Positions 37,913 through 50,225 of a DNA stretch of 64,000 nt are shown piece by piece. A program made the translations under genes and the position numbers. The DNA is from Octopus sinensis. Its lineage: Eukaryota. Numbering within the stretch: position 1 is the stretch's first letter; every line of letters begins with the position of its first letter. The stretch is from contig NC_043007.1 of assembly GCF_006345805.1 (NCBI RefSeq), positions 5,208,001-5,272,000 on the forward strand, given 5' to 3'. Below the pieces are notes generated by a model. The model searched no databases. It had not been told where the DNA came from and worked only from the letters and a program-made list of their open reading frames with translations.

Positions 37913-38272
37913 GGGGACTTGGAGATTTGGTTGCTATTTCCAGCAGGCAGAGCATACATGTGTGTGTGTGTGTTTGTATACTTGCATACACATTAACTTA
38001 TATAAGGAAAAAATAAGGTGACAGATAGCTTGACAAGTATGATGAAACTTCGAAGTCCCTATCAACCTTTTCTTTCTAAAGGTCAATGAACATGTTCTCT
38101 ACTAAAAAGTTGAATGTCGAATTGTTTTTATAGATAATTCAACATAAAAAAAAACATTAACACACACACACTCGTACACAAACTTTTAGATCCATAAATA
38201 TGTACTTTACCAAAAGGTTTAGTTTAATGTAAAAACGCTTCCACATATAATTTGACATAAAACTAACATTAA

Positions 38273-38274
<2 letters not shown>

Positions 38275-38309
<35 letters not shown>

Positions 38310-38455
38310 CTCTATCTACCTATCTGTCTACCTATCTATCTGTTTACCTATCTATCTGTCTACCTATCTATCTGTCTACCTATCTATCTGTCTACCTATC
38401 TGTCTAGTTATCTATCTATCTATCTGTCTAGTTATCTATCTATCTATCTGTCTAG

Positions 38456-38491
<36 letters not shown>

Positions 38492-38685
38492 ACACACATA
38501 CACAATTTGTGCACGTTTAAAGACGTCATTAACCTGTGCTTTTGTGTGACAATTGTCTCCTTGACATAAGCAAAGAAACAAGATCAGACAAGATACAAAA
38601 GTTTTGCCAAGAAACAATAAATTCTTCAAGGAGGTTATAAAAAAAGTGAAGACAGACAGACAGACAGACAGATAGACAGATAGAC

Positions 38686-38719
<34 letters not shown>

Positions 38720-38781
38720 GTAGAGATAGATAGGTAGATAGATAGATAGGTAGATAGATAGGTAGATAGATAGGTAGATAG
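38275..38781. repeat. (CTAT)n array (38275-38490) and complementary (GACA/GATA)n array (38651-38781)
   Basis: Directly visible. Confidence 0.93.
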
Positions 38782-39538
38782 CAAATAACAGAAACAGGTA
38801 CCAACAACAAAATAATGGTTAGAAGCTTATTGAATTAAGTAGATGAGTTCTATTTCGTTTTTGTAGTACACGACCTCTCTTTCAATCTCACACGTACAGT
38901 CTCTCTCTCACACACACACACACAATCTGTCCCTCAATGTTCGTTTTCCTTTTCTTCTTCCCTTGACATTTATTATCAGAAGAATACAGGAAACAGCCAT
39001 ACAATAATTTCTGATAAGATACAAGGCGAGTCAGTAGTTGATCGGGTTAGGTGTTAGAAGATACCATCAACTTTCTTGTACTTTATTTTATCGACCCCAA
39101 AAGGATGAAAGGCTAAGTTGACCGCTGCGGGATTTGAACTCAGAACATAAAGAGTCGGAAAGAATCGCGCAAAGCATTTTGCCAGACGCTCTAATGATCC
39201 TCGGTAATGATTATTACCGCCTCTAACGTTTCTAACGAGACCACAAACTCAACCCCGTGGGTTAAAAGGGGAGGTTGATCTCGGCCGAATTTGAACTCAG
39301 AATGGAGAAAGCTTTAACTAAACACCACAAAATATATTTGCCCGCCACCTCTGCTCCAAATAATTGTTTCTAATTTAGACTCAACGTTCGCAATTTTGAG
39401 GGGTGGATGTTAACGTTAGTCGATACCCTCCACCTCAGTAATTGACTAATACTTTAGTTGATCGATCTCGAAAGGGATTCGAACTCAGAACGTAAAGAAC
39501 TGAAAGAAATACCACAAAAGTATTTTTCCACACTCTGT

Positions 39539-41690
39539 CGATTCTGTCATTCCACAGCCCTATCGATTCTGTCATTCCACCGCCCTATCAATTCTGTCAT
39601 TCCATCGCCCTATCGATTCTATCATTCCACTGCCCTATGGATTCTGTCATTCCACCGCCCTATCGATTCTGTCATTCCACCGCCCTATCGATTCTGTCAT
39701 TCCACAGCCCTTTCGATTCTGTCATTCCACAGCCCTTTCAATTCTGTCATTCCACCGCCCTATCGATTCTATCATTCCACCGCCCTTTCGATTCTGTCAT
39801 TCCACCGCCCTATCGATTCTGTCATTCCACCGCCCTTTCGATTCTGTCATTCCACAGCCCTTTCGATTCTATCATTCCACCGCCCTATCGATTCTGTCAT
39901 TCCACCGCCCTTTCGATTCTGTCATTCCACCGCCCTATCGATTCTGTCATTCCACCGCCCTATCGATTCTGTCATTCCACCGCCCTATCGATTCTTTTAT
40001 TTCACTGCCCTATCGATTCTGTCATTCCACCGCCCTATCGATTCTGTCATTCCACCGCCCTATCGATTCTGTTATTTCACTGCCCTATCGATTCTGTCAT
40101 TCCACCACCCTATCGATTCTGTCATTCCACCGCCCTATCGATTCTGTTATTTCACTGCCCTATCGATTCTGTCATTCCACCGCCCTATCGATTCTGTCAT
40201 TCCACCGCCCTATCGATTCTGTCATTCCACAGCCCTATCGATTCTGTCATTCCACCGCCCTATCGATTCTGTCATTCCACCGCCCTATCGATTCTATCAT
40301 TGCACTGCCCTATCGATTCTATCATTCCACTGCCCTTTCGATTCTGTCATTCCACAGCCCTTTCGATTCTGTAATTCCACCGCCCTATCGATTCTATCAT
40401 TCCACCGCCCTTTCGATTCTGTCATTCCACAGCCCTTTCGATTCTGTCATTCCACTGCCCTATCGATTCTGTCATTCCACTGCCCTATCGATTCTGTCAT
40501 TCCACAGCCCTATCGATTCTGTCATTCCACCGCCCTATCGATTCTATCATTCCACCGCCCTTTCGATTCTGTCATTCCACTGCCCTATCGATTCTGTCAT
40601 TCCACAGCCCTATCGATTCTATCATTCCACTGCCCTATCGATTCTGTCATTCCACCGCCCTATCGATTCTGTCATTCCATCACCCTTTCGATTCTGTCAT
40701 TCCACTGCCCTTTCGATTCTGTAATTCCACCGCCCTTTCGATTCTGTCATTCCACAGCCCTTTCAATTCTGTCATTCCACAGCTCTTTCGATTCTGTAAT
40801 TCCACCGCCCTATCGATTCTATCATTCCACCGCCCTTTCGATTCTGTCATTCCACTGCCCTATCGATTCTGTCATTCCACAGCCCTATCGATTCTATCAT
40901 TCCACTGCCCTATCGATTCTGTCATTCCACCGCCCTGTCGATTCTGTCATTCCATCGCCCTTTCGATTCTGTCATTCCACTGCCCTATCGATTCTATCAT
41001 TCCACCGCCCTTTCGATTGTCATTCCACAGCCCTATCGATTCTGTCATTCCACAGCCCTTTCGATTCTGTAATTCCACCGCCCTATCGATTCTGTCATTC
41101 CACAGCCCTTTCGATTCTGTAATTCCACCGCCCTATCGATTCTATCATTCCACTGCCCTTTCGATTCTGTAATTCCACCGCCCTATCGATTCTGTCATTC
41201 CACAGCCCTATCCATTCTGTCATTCCACCGTCTTATCGATTCTGTCATTCCACCGCCCTATCCATTCTGTCATTCCACTGCCCTATCGATTCTATCATTC
41301 CACCGCCCTTTCGATTCTGTCATTCCACAGCCCTTTCGATTCTGTCATTCCACAGCCCTTTCGATTCTGTAATTCCACCGCCCTATCGATTCTGTCATTC
41401 CACCGCCCTATCGATTTTGTCATTCTGTCATTCCACCGCCCTATCGATTCTGTCATTCCACTGCCCTATCGATTCTGTCATTCCACTGCCCTATCGATTC
41501 TGTCATTCCACTGCCCTATCGATTCTGTCATTCCACTGCCCTATCGATTCTGTCATTCCACCGCCCTATCGATTGTGTCATTCCACAGCCCTATCGATTC
41601 TGTCATTCCACTGCCCTATCGATTCTGTCATTCCACTGCCCTATCGATTCTGTCATTCCACTGCCCTATCGATTCTGTCATTCCACCGTC
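39539..41690. repeat. 25-bp minisatellite, ~86 units, consensus CGATTCTGTCATTCCACCGCCCTAT
   Basis: Directly visible tandem array without spacers. Continuous with a minus-strand SINE A-like head at 39474-39538. Confidence 0.97.
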
Positions 41691-42040
41691 CTTTAACAGT
41701 TTCTAAATTACGTACAAGAGCAGAAATTTGGGATATCATTACTTGACCGGTACTTTATTTTATCGACCACAAAAGCACAAAAAGCAATGCTGACTTCGGC
41801 GGTATTTGAACTCAGAACGTAAACAGCCAGAACGAAATTCCGCGTCTCTAAGTGACAATTCTTTTACCAAAATCAATAACTCATTTCGTTAGGATTTAAA
41901 AGAATCTACTGAACTGGAGATAAAGCCACAATCAAGTACTAAGTCAAGTATTTATGAGATAGTGGGGGTCACATTCATTATACTTATTAGGGGTCCGTTA
42001 CTGTTTAAAATTATATCGTACACCAGACAAAAGTAGTAGC

Positions 42041-42570
42041 GGTATAACTATAGTTTGGCGCCTCACCCGACTTTGTTTCTCCAAATTTCTAAGAATTTTC
42101 TTACAGTTATTTTAACGAAATTTCGCAGATACTTTTTTGAGGCTCTACATTACGATTAGCTTGAAAAAAAAATTGAGTTTCGGACGATTCTCCTTCGCGC
42201 CTGACATTGTTTTCTCATAGGTCTCTTCAAAATGCATATTTTTTTTTAATGCCACTTTGAGGAAATACGTTCTCGAGATTGTAGGTTACGTGATGTCACA
42301 GTTTCAAATCAATAAATCAGAGACAAAAGGTGAAAAATACTAAAACAGTCTCAGATATTAGTTGTAACAAAGTCTAGGCGGAGGCGACGAAAAGCGAACC
42401 GAAACTCCTCTCGGTTTCTTTTACTGAATTTTATTAACATAATTATAATTCACAGCCTCAAAAACATATCTCTTCGAGATTTTACTTAAAAACACGCATT
42501 TTTAAAAGGTAAATTATGAAAAAACAAAGTTGATGGAGAGAGGATCGGGGCCCTAATCTGTAGTTATACC
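42041..42570. mobile_element. Putative MITE with 13-bp TIR GGTATAACTA(T/C)AG
   Basis: ggtataactatag at 42041 and ctgtagttatacc at 42558-42570, plus an internal inverted segment gactttgtt/aacaaagtc. No clear TSD. Confidence 0.45.
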
Positions 42571-42750
42571 TATTTCTTTACTACCTACAAGGAGCTACAC
42601 ACAGAGGGGACAAACAAGGACAGACAAACGGATTAAGTTGATTATATCGACTCCAGTGCGCAACTGGTACTTATTTAATCGACCCCGAAAAGATGAAAGG
42701 CAAAGTCGACCTCGGCGGAATCTGAACTCAGAACGTAGCGGCAGACGAAA
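42571..42750 (-). mobile_element. SINE family A, 5'-truncated
   Basis: 12-bp TSD tgtagttatacc at 42559-42570 and 42751-42762. Confidence 0.9.
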
Positions 42751-43934
42751 TGTAGTTATACCATGGTGTGTGTGTGTGTGTGTGTAACAGTGAACTGTCT
42801 AATAGAATATATCAATGGGAACAGTTATTTGCATTCTGTGAGTTTCGTGGTACTTGATACCGTAAAATGTTAAAATATATAAATTACCAAGGAATTTGAC
42901 TTGGCTATCCACGACGGAGCTAGTGTTAGTTTAATATTCCCAGAAAGCATATGAAATGCGAATGGAAATTATAATTGAAGACTTGTGGTTCCTTCTCTTT
43001 TTCTCAGCCAAATTCGAGGCCTTGTGCTTACAGTATGACGAAATCGATATTTACAGTTAAACACACGTGTTGTTGTTGTTGTTCTTGTGCGAAGCGCAAT
43101 GAATAGACTGGGATAGTGGGAGCAGGTTAAACAGAAGAACGACATCGCAAAGGAAATAGTATTATAAGAGACGCAGGAGTGTTGCAGTCTATGAAAGCGA
43201 AGACGCTTCATTTCGTAAAATTCCAGTCGATTTCACCAGAAACCAATTTCTTGACAACAAAGAAAACTAAAATAAACGAGAAAAAAGCAGAATGCAAAAG
43301 AATCTGTTGTAATGGAAGTGCCATTCTTACTTCATTTGGATGACGGTGGTGAAACTTAGGGGAACATCGACCCCAGTGTTCAATTGGTACATCGATCCCA
43401 GAAGGATGAAAAGTAAAGTCGATCTGGACAGAATTTGAACTCGGAACGTGAGGACGGACAAATTGCCGCTGTTTTATCCGGTGTGCTAACCATTCTGCCA
43501 GCTCTCCGTCTTGATGATGGTTTCTTAATTAGATCCAAAGTGTTGTTAGGGAGGAATTTAATCGAAGCTCCACTGGTACTCTAATTTATCGACCCGGAGA
43601 CGGGGAATGGTGGTGGTGGGGGAGATAAAGTTAACCACGGCGGGATTTGAACTCAGAACGTAAAAAGCCAGAAGTATCGGCGATCTGTGGAAAGGTATTG
43701 ATATGATCAAAAGGATTCCAGTCACGAGAACCCAATATTTCCGGGGTTTTTTTCTTTTCTTTTTTAACCAGGTATTTAGCGATATATTATCCAATGTGTT
43801 CTTACATCTTATGTTTGTCACGAGCCTTTTGAGACTCATCAGGTCGGACCTTTTCCAGTCTTTCAAAGGGTGTAAGCATCCGTTTAGAGTACAGCTTTGG
43901 CTCTGAATAGGACGCCAGTCTTTTGCGTGGTTAA

Positions 43935-44070
43935 AGTCCCTCAGCTGTGGACTGGAGCATCATAAAATGAAACGTTCTACTCAAGAACACAGCGCACCGC
44001 CCGGTCTGGGAATTGAAACCACATTACTACGATTGTGAGTCCAATAACCTAACCACCAAGCTACGCGCCT
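43935..44070 (-). mobile_element. tRNA-headed SINE (family D-like); related copies at ~19073-19195 (+) and ~63733-63850 (+)
   Basis: Minus strand TAGCTTGGTGGTTAGG...GGTTTCAATTCCCAGACCGGGC...GTGTTCTTGAG. Confidence 0.65.
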
Positions 44071-45611
44071 GGGTACCAGTTGAAAGTAGAGTTGGTTGCT
44101 ATTTCTAGCAGGTCGAGCAAACACAATGAAGATCCTCGTGTCTATTAGCAGTAATGTATGACTTGCCAGTACATCCGCTTGATAACAGCTTCTGGTTTAG
44201 GCACGAGGGAATAACCGATCCGATCGATCCCAGCACTTGACTGGTGATTGATTTTTATCCCGAGTTAAGGAAAAATGAAATTGACCTCGGCGGAGTTTGA
44301 ACTCGGAACGCAAAGACATTTTACCCGATGCTCTAACGCAGGTATGGACAACCCTTTTCGAGGAGAGGGCCGCATAAGACATCACTCGTTAACAGGCAAG
44401 CCCCACTACTTAAAAAAATTCAAGGTAAATTTTCGTTCATCGAACCATTCAGTAAATCCCGCGGTTCGTTGGTTTGCAACCAGCTGTGGAGACATTTGAC
44501 TGCAATCCAGGAATCGAGTTTGAAATTGTTCGTTAGATTAATTAAACAATTTTAGTAATTACAATTAATAACGGTAAACACTAAAAATGATTAAAAAAAC
44601 ATAAAAGTGAAAAAAGGGAAAAATGTAAATAAAATAAAGGGACATACACGTTCGTTTGGTTATTTCTAGCACTGCCAGAGATTGGTGTCTTCCTCTAAGA
44701 AATTTCGAGGAAACCGGAAAAAAAAAACTGTCGGTATTGCCGCCGGCGACCACGAAACCGAAGCATTGGAAGTGCTGGGGACCTCTTGCAACATTTTGGT
44801 GACCTCTGTCCGATGGGATATCCAACAAAAGAAATAAAAAAAAAAACCTTCGTTAGCGACTCAATTCCCACCTCTTGAATGTATTTCAAATGCCACGTGT
44901 TGAACAATGGAGAGAAGTCCGGGAAAAGCCAGCTGTTACGACCTCAGAGCGCAGGAAAAACGCAACCAACAGCATTTGTTTTTTTTTGTTTTGTTTGTTA
45001 TGTATTCTTCTGTTTTATATAGCGAGAAATTTATTCCGAAGAATTTATTATTATTTATTTCGAAAATGTCATATTTTAACATTCCCCACCCCCTCCCGAT
45101 TAGTGCCCTTTTCTTTTCCCGTGAAGGAAGGAAAAGGGCACATTCCTTCCCCATGATTGGTATTCTAAAACTCTGACAAAAATATGTAATTCCCCGACAG
45201 ATTTTGATATTTCTGTAACCCTCACCCCTATCCGGCAAGGGTTACTATGTCCGTAGTGGATTCCATCCCACCCACTGAGTCCGTCATTCTATCGCCCTTT
45301 TTTGTTCGTACTTCTATAATAACCCCAAGAAGAAACATCAACATTTTACAAGAGGCCGGTGGAAACTACTAGTCTAGCATCATGGCGAACCCAAGGGGCT
45401 AGGGGCGCTGAGGGACACGTGCCCTCCTCAACAAAGGAAGTGCGCCCTTCTAGATAATGTTTGTTATCCTCTTTTCTCCTGGAATAGTATTCTTTTCTGA
45501 TCTTGTGCTCTCCCTTCGAAAAATTCCTGGGACCGCGCCTAGGCGTGGTGTTTATCCCAGGTCAGCCCTGATCAAGCAGCAGAGCGCTGATAATCAAAGG
45601 TATTCCAGAAG

Positions 45612-45841
45612 GGCGGCGAGCTGGCAGAATCGTTAGCACGCCGGGCGAAATGCGTAGCCGTATTTCGTCTGCCGTTACGTTCCGAGTTCAAATTCCGCCG
45701 AGGTCGACTTTGCCTTTCATCCTTTCGGGATCGATAAATTAAGTACCAGTTACGTACTGGGGTCGATGTAATCGACATAATCAGTTTGTCTGTCTTTGTG
45801 TGTCCCCTCTATGTTTAGCCCCTTGTGGGTAGTAAAGAAAT
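45612..45841 (+). mobile_element. SINE family A, consensus-like, CpGs intact
   Basis: 19-bp duplication aggtattccagaagggcgg at 45598-45616 and 45842-45860, overlapping the element ends. Confidence 0.93.
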
Positions 45842-46798
45842 AGGTATTCCAGAAGGGCGGATGAGCTCCTTGTGGGCTAATGGCAATTCTGTCCGTGAAG
45901 GCAATGACAAACCACCCAGATTTTTTCTCTGCCAAGAAAACACAGAGAAAATCAGAACGAATTTAATCTCGAAGACTTTCTCTAGTGTCATCGAGACACT
46001 GCAAAAGCGGACATGACGATGACGACGACGATTCCAATCATGGCCATCACATATTTCGGATCACATTAACCAAAGCGCCCTTACCTTTAAAAAGAAACAA
46101 ACAAAACAGTAGGATATGACTTGGCAGTATCTGGCTGCTGTTTCTAGCAAACTACCTGGCAGTGTAGAAGTTCTTTCGTTTGTATGATTTCTATGTTGTA
46201 TTCCGATAAAATGTCTGACGTAAGAATTCACAGACATATGACCAATACCAGGAACTTCATGGTGCGTTTTATAGAAGCTACAACACGGTAGACGATCGGG
46301 GCCTAACACGGAGCAGACCGGACCTAATTGTGCAGCCTATTCAGTGTAACAAAGTATGAATGCTGGTTTTCGGTAAAGCGGAGGACGCTCAGGGTTTCAA
46401 ATCCCACCCAAGTCAACTTGGGAAATTTTTACATTCGTCTCCGATCTCTGGTCAGTGTAGTCAGTCTGGGTACCACCCGAAGCAGTCCTCTACCGCCCCC
46501 CCCAATCCCAAGCCTATGCAAGCTTATACCGTAGACCCAAAAGTGCCCCCTCCATAAAAGCATCGACCGAAGCAGACTGCCCCCTCTCCCTCCTCAGCAA
46601 TTTACTGTCCTTATTCTATGGGGATGGAAAAGAGTAAGCAATGGATTGAGGCAAAACTCATTTCTTTGCTTTCTTCCTTCTCCATGAGAAAGTGACAGGT
46701 GTTCTCAAAGACCGCCGATCACCGTTTGCAGTAGCTTGCAATGGTAACTTTCATCTTTTGCGGGCGATAACTAAAATATCAATCCCAGAGTGGGGTCG

Positions 46799-46854
<56 letters not shown>

Positions 46855-48262
46855 GTGATTGATTCCTTCCGAAAGAAGTTAGTTGTGGTCAGGCCTGGAG
46901 TCCACCAGTTCTTCGATGACCGAGACAAGTCGCATGTCTCAACGTACCCCTATCCACTAACGAAGCTAGAGTGTGTGCCGCCCGGGGCGGCCCTTCCATT
47001 TGTCACCCTCGGATCCCACAAAAAACACATATTGTGTACAGTAGACCCAAAGTGGTGCCGCCCGTGGAGAACTGCCCCTACTGCTCCCCGCTAGTTATGC
47101 TAGTACCCCTATCACTCCACCAGGACACGATGACCCAAAGCACGACAAAGTATGTCTTCAATAAATGCGAACAGTTTTACATTTCATGAGTTACCACGAA
47201 TTTTCCGAGCCCCAAGCGATATATATATTACATATCCTCCCTTAGGCCCTAATCGAAGCAATAGTGATGTAAACCGCTTAGTCAAACCAGCGTGACCATC
47301 AAAAGCTACAAAGCGTACGCTACCTAATCAACAACTCGAAATTAAGGAACATGTTTTTCATAAAATATTATTAAATCATCAGACAACACATTTCACTAAA
47401 AAAAGGGTCTCAGCCAGAAGAAGCAGTAAAATAAATTATTCTTTAATTGGTTACCTTTTCTAAGATTGCAGAGTTGTGATTTGGCTGATATCATAAATAA
47501 ATATATTAATATTATACTGCTCTACATCTTGGAGTGTACCTCTTCTTTCGGATTTATGTTTTTTTACAAACGACACACACACACACGGTCACTCTCAGAC
47601 CGATACTTCGTAGCGATGCTCATGAAGGTTCCTGCTTCATTCTTTAGCTCCCGCTCGAACAGTTCCTTTGTTGTTTGGCCCCAGCTCAGTCTTGTTCGAG
47701 CAGATAGTCCATCTGTGACCATCCCGTCTATTCGTATGCACAGTGTCCATTGACAAACATATTGACAAGCGCATTAACACGCCCTTCTTTTCTAAGGTGT
47801 GACTCGGCAGAATTTGTTTGCCGTTTCTAGCAAACCGATTAACCATATAGATATTCTCAGTTTGTTGTTTGGCCCCCTCCCCCAGCTCAGTTTTGGTCGA
47901 ACAGATATTCCAACTGTGACCATCCCGTCGATTCCCAGGTTGAGTCCATTGAGAAATGGATGTGTCCTCATTTTCTAAGACAGTTTTTAACTTGAAAGGA
48001 TTAGCCTGGCCTAGCGAAGGTGACCGGGTGAGGGCGGCGGTATGTGATTAGTCAACCAAACCAACACAACACAGTCGCTATTTACTTCACCGTACCAACA
48101 AATGTATGCAATGATAATGTACGTACCCCGCCCCCTCAAAAAATGTTGGCTCATTACATATATCGGGTTTTATTAGAAGCTGAAAACTTCACAATTCGTT
48201 TACTCGGAGTTTATCATTTTCGATCTTAGGTCGAGAAAACTTGGAGTAACGATACGTGAAGT

Positions 48263-48296
<34 letters not shown>

Positions 48297-48299
<3 letters not shown>

Positions 48300-48480
48300 A
48301 GATTGTTAGCTACTACACACAATTTTCTCTCTCCTTTTTTTTTTTTTTTCTGTGTCCCTTTCTGTAGAAGAGCGTAGGCTCGAAACGTAAAAGACTTTTT
48401 CTATTCCTGAGCGTTAAACTAATACATCTGTTTGTTTTGTACACCACCTGTCTTCGTCTTTTGTTGTTTTCGTAAACTCT

Positions 48481-48482
<2 letters not shown>
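48297..48482 (+). mobile_element. ~185-bp retrozyme/Penelope-like insert in (TA)n with hammerhead-like motif at 48358-48393
   Basis: CTTT-CTGTAGA-a-GAGC-gtag-GCTC-GAAACGT-A-AAAG. (TA)n on both flanks. Second copy at 27997-28192. Confidence 0.8.
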
Positions 48483-48515
<33 letters not shown>

Positions 48516-49399
48516 CGATGCATGTTACCATTACCTACGACTCGGGTCGAACAGCCAAACCACTCCAAATGCTTGTAATATTGTTTGTGTGGATGGGTTT
48601 AGGACTAGCGAGCTTCTACAAGACTTGGTTTCATTTCATTCTGTATACACACACACACACACATATATATAATGAGAGAGAGAGAGAGAGAGAGAGCTCA
48701 ACATTTTTTATATTGAGTACTTCATTCTTGTTCACACCTGTGTCTGCCGTTTTGTATTACACACACGTATGTACGTGACGCATACATGTATATGTATGTA
48801 TGTGCGTGTATATGTATACACATATTTTTATAGAGTTGTGTATATACGCATGTATATGTTTATAGAGTTATATATATATATATCGTACGTGGTGCATATA
48901 AGTCTACATAGCTTCCGATCAAATACACACCTGTTTTGTCCAGTAGGGGAACAGAGACACACTGTGAAACGGGGGAATCTGAATTAAATAGTGATGGTCT
49001 TCGTCGACTCTGTTAATAACATCTTATACACACAGATTCTGTTTATAAATAATCCACAGATATACAGAAAAAAAGAAACATAATAAAAAAAAACAAGAGC
49101 GAAAAGGTGGTTCCCCTTTCTTTACATTTGTATTCAATACACATCTACGTAATCGAGTTAATTTCATAGAATTTACACAGACGTAATATCTGCCACAGCA
49201 ACGCAAACCATTTTCTATATACACACCTGAGTTCCGTTCACACATACATATATACACTCGCATATGTCACATGCGCGAGAAAATCTCATAAACAAGTAAT
49301 CTTTTTCTTGCAATGCTCACGTCGGATGGAATTCGGGGTGGCTCGGGGAGAGAAAATATCAACAAAACCAAATTAAAAAGAAAGGAAAAAGGCTGGAAT

Positions 49400-50194
49400 T
49401 GTTCTTACCGTTTCTTAGAAGGAAACATTCTCTTGTGAAATAGTTTTGTAAATCCGTGCTGTCCGCGTGTGTATGTATGATTAAGTACGAGTATATATAT
49501 GTACAGCTCTACGTATGTATATTCCTTATATCAGTTGAGGTATGTCTGTAGCTGCGTGTTCGCGCACTGGTTCTACCATTTCTCTCTCTCGTAATTTATC
49601 TATTTATGTGTCTGTTTATCTTGTTGACTGTATATCTGTGTATATATACATGAACCTTATATATCTCCATCTGCGTACACGTACCTTATAGATTCATAAT
49701 ATAATCTATTCATCCATTCGTCTGTCAATCCAATTAGCTGCTAATTAATCTGGCTGTTTTACCTCTCTTTTTACCTATCCTTCCGTCTCTCTTGTAATTC
49801 GAGTTCCAAAACGGTTTTCAAAGCTTCTAAAGAGAATCGCTGATATTTGTAGAATCCAATCAGTCATGGAGCTGTCGATGGTGATTCAATCGAACCCGGG
49901 AAATCACATCATCGAAGATAGCCGAGCAGGTATGCATGAATGGTTGGTGAGGCCAGTAGTCCGATCACTCTCTCTCTCTCTCTCTTCATCCAAGCTGCTG
50001 CGTGCCAGCTCTGTGCGTGTTTGTGTGTGTGAGTGTGCGTGTCTGCTACTATGTGTGCGCACGCGTGTGTGTAAGTGTGCTACTACTGTGAGAGCGCGCG
50101 CGCGTTGTGTGTGTGTGTGTGTGTAGTCGCGCCTGTATATCTGTGTATGTACGCTAATGTGTATCTATGTGTATACGTGCGTCTACGTACAGAG

Positions 50195-50225
<31 letters not shown>

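Noticed and set aside
39458-41746. 554-aa, 245-aa and 109-aa ORFs; possible CRISPR-like array
   Set aside because: Pure 25-bp tandem units with no spacers and no cas genes, in a eukaryotic context. The ORFs arise because the unit lacks stops while cycling through three frames.
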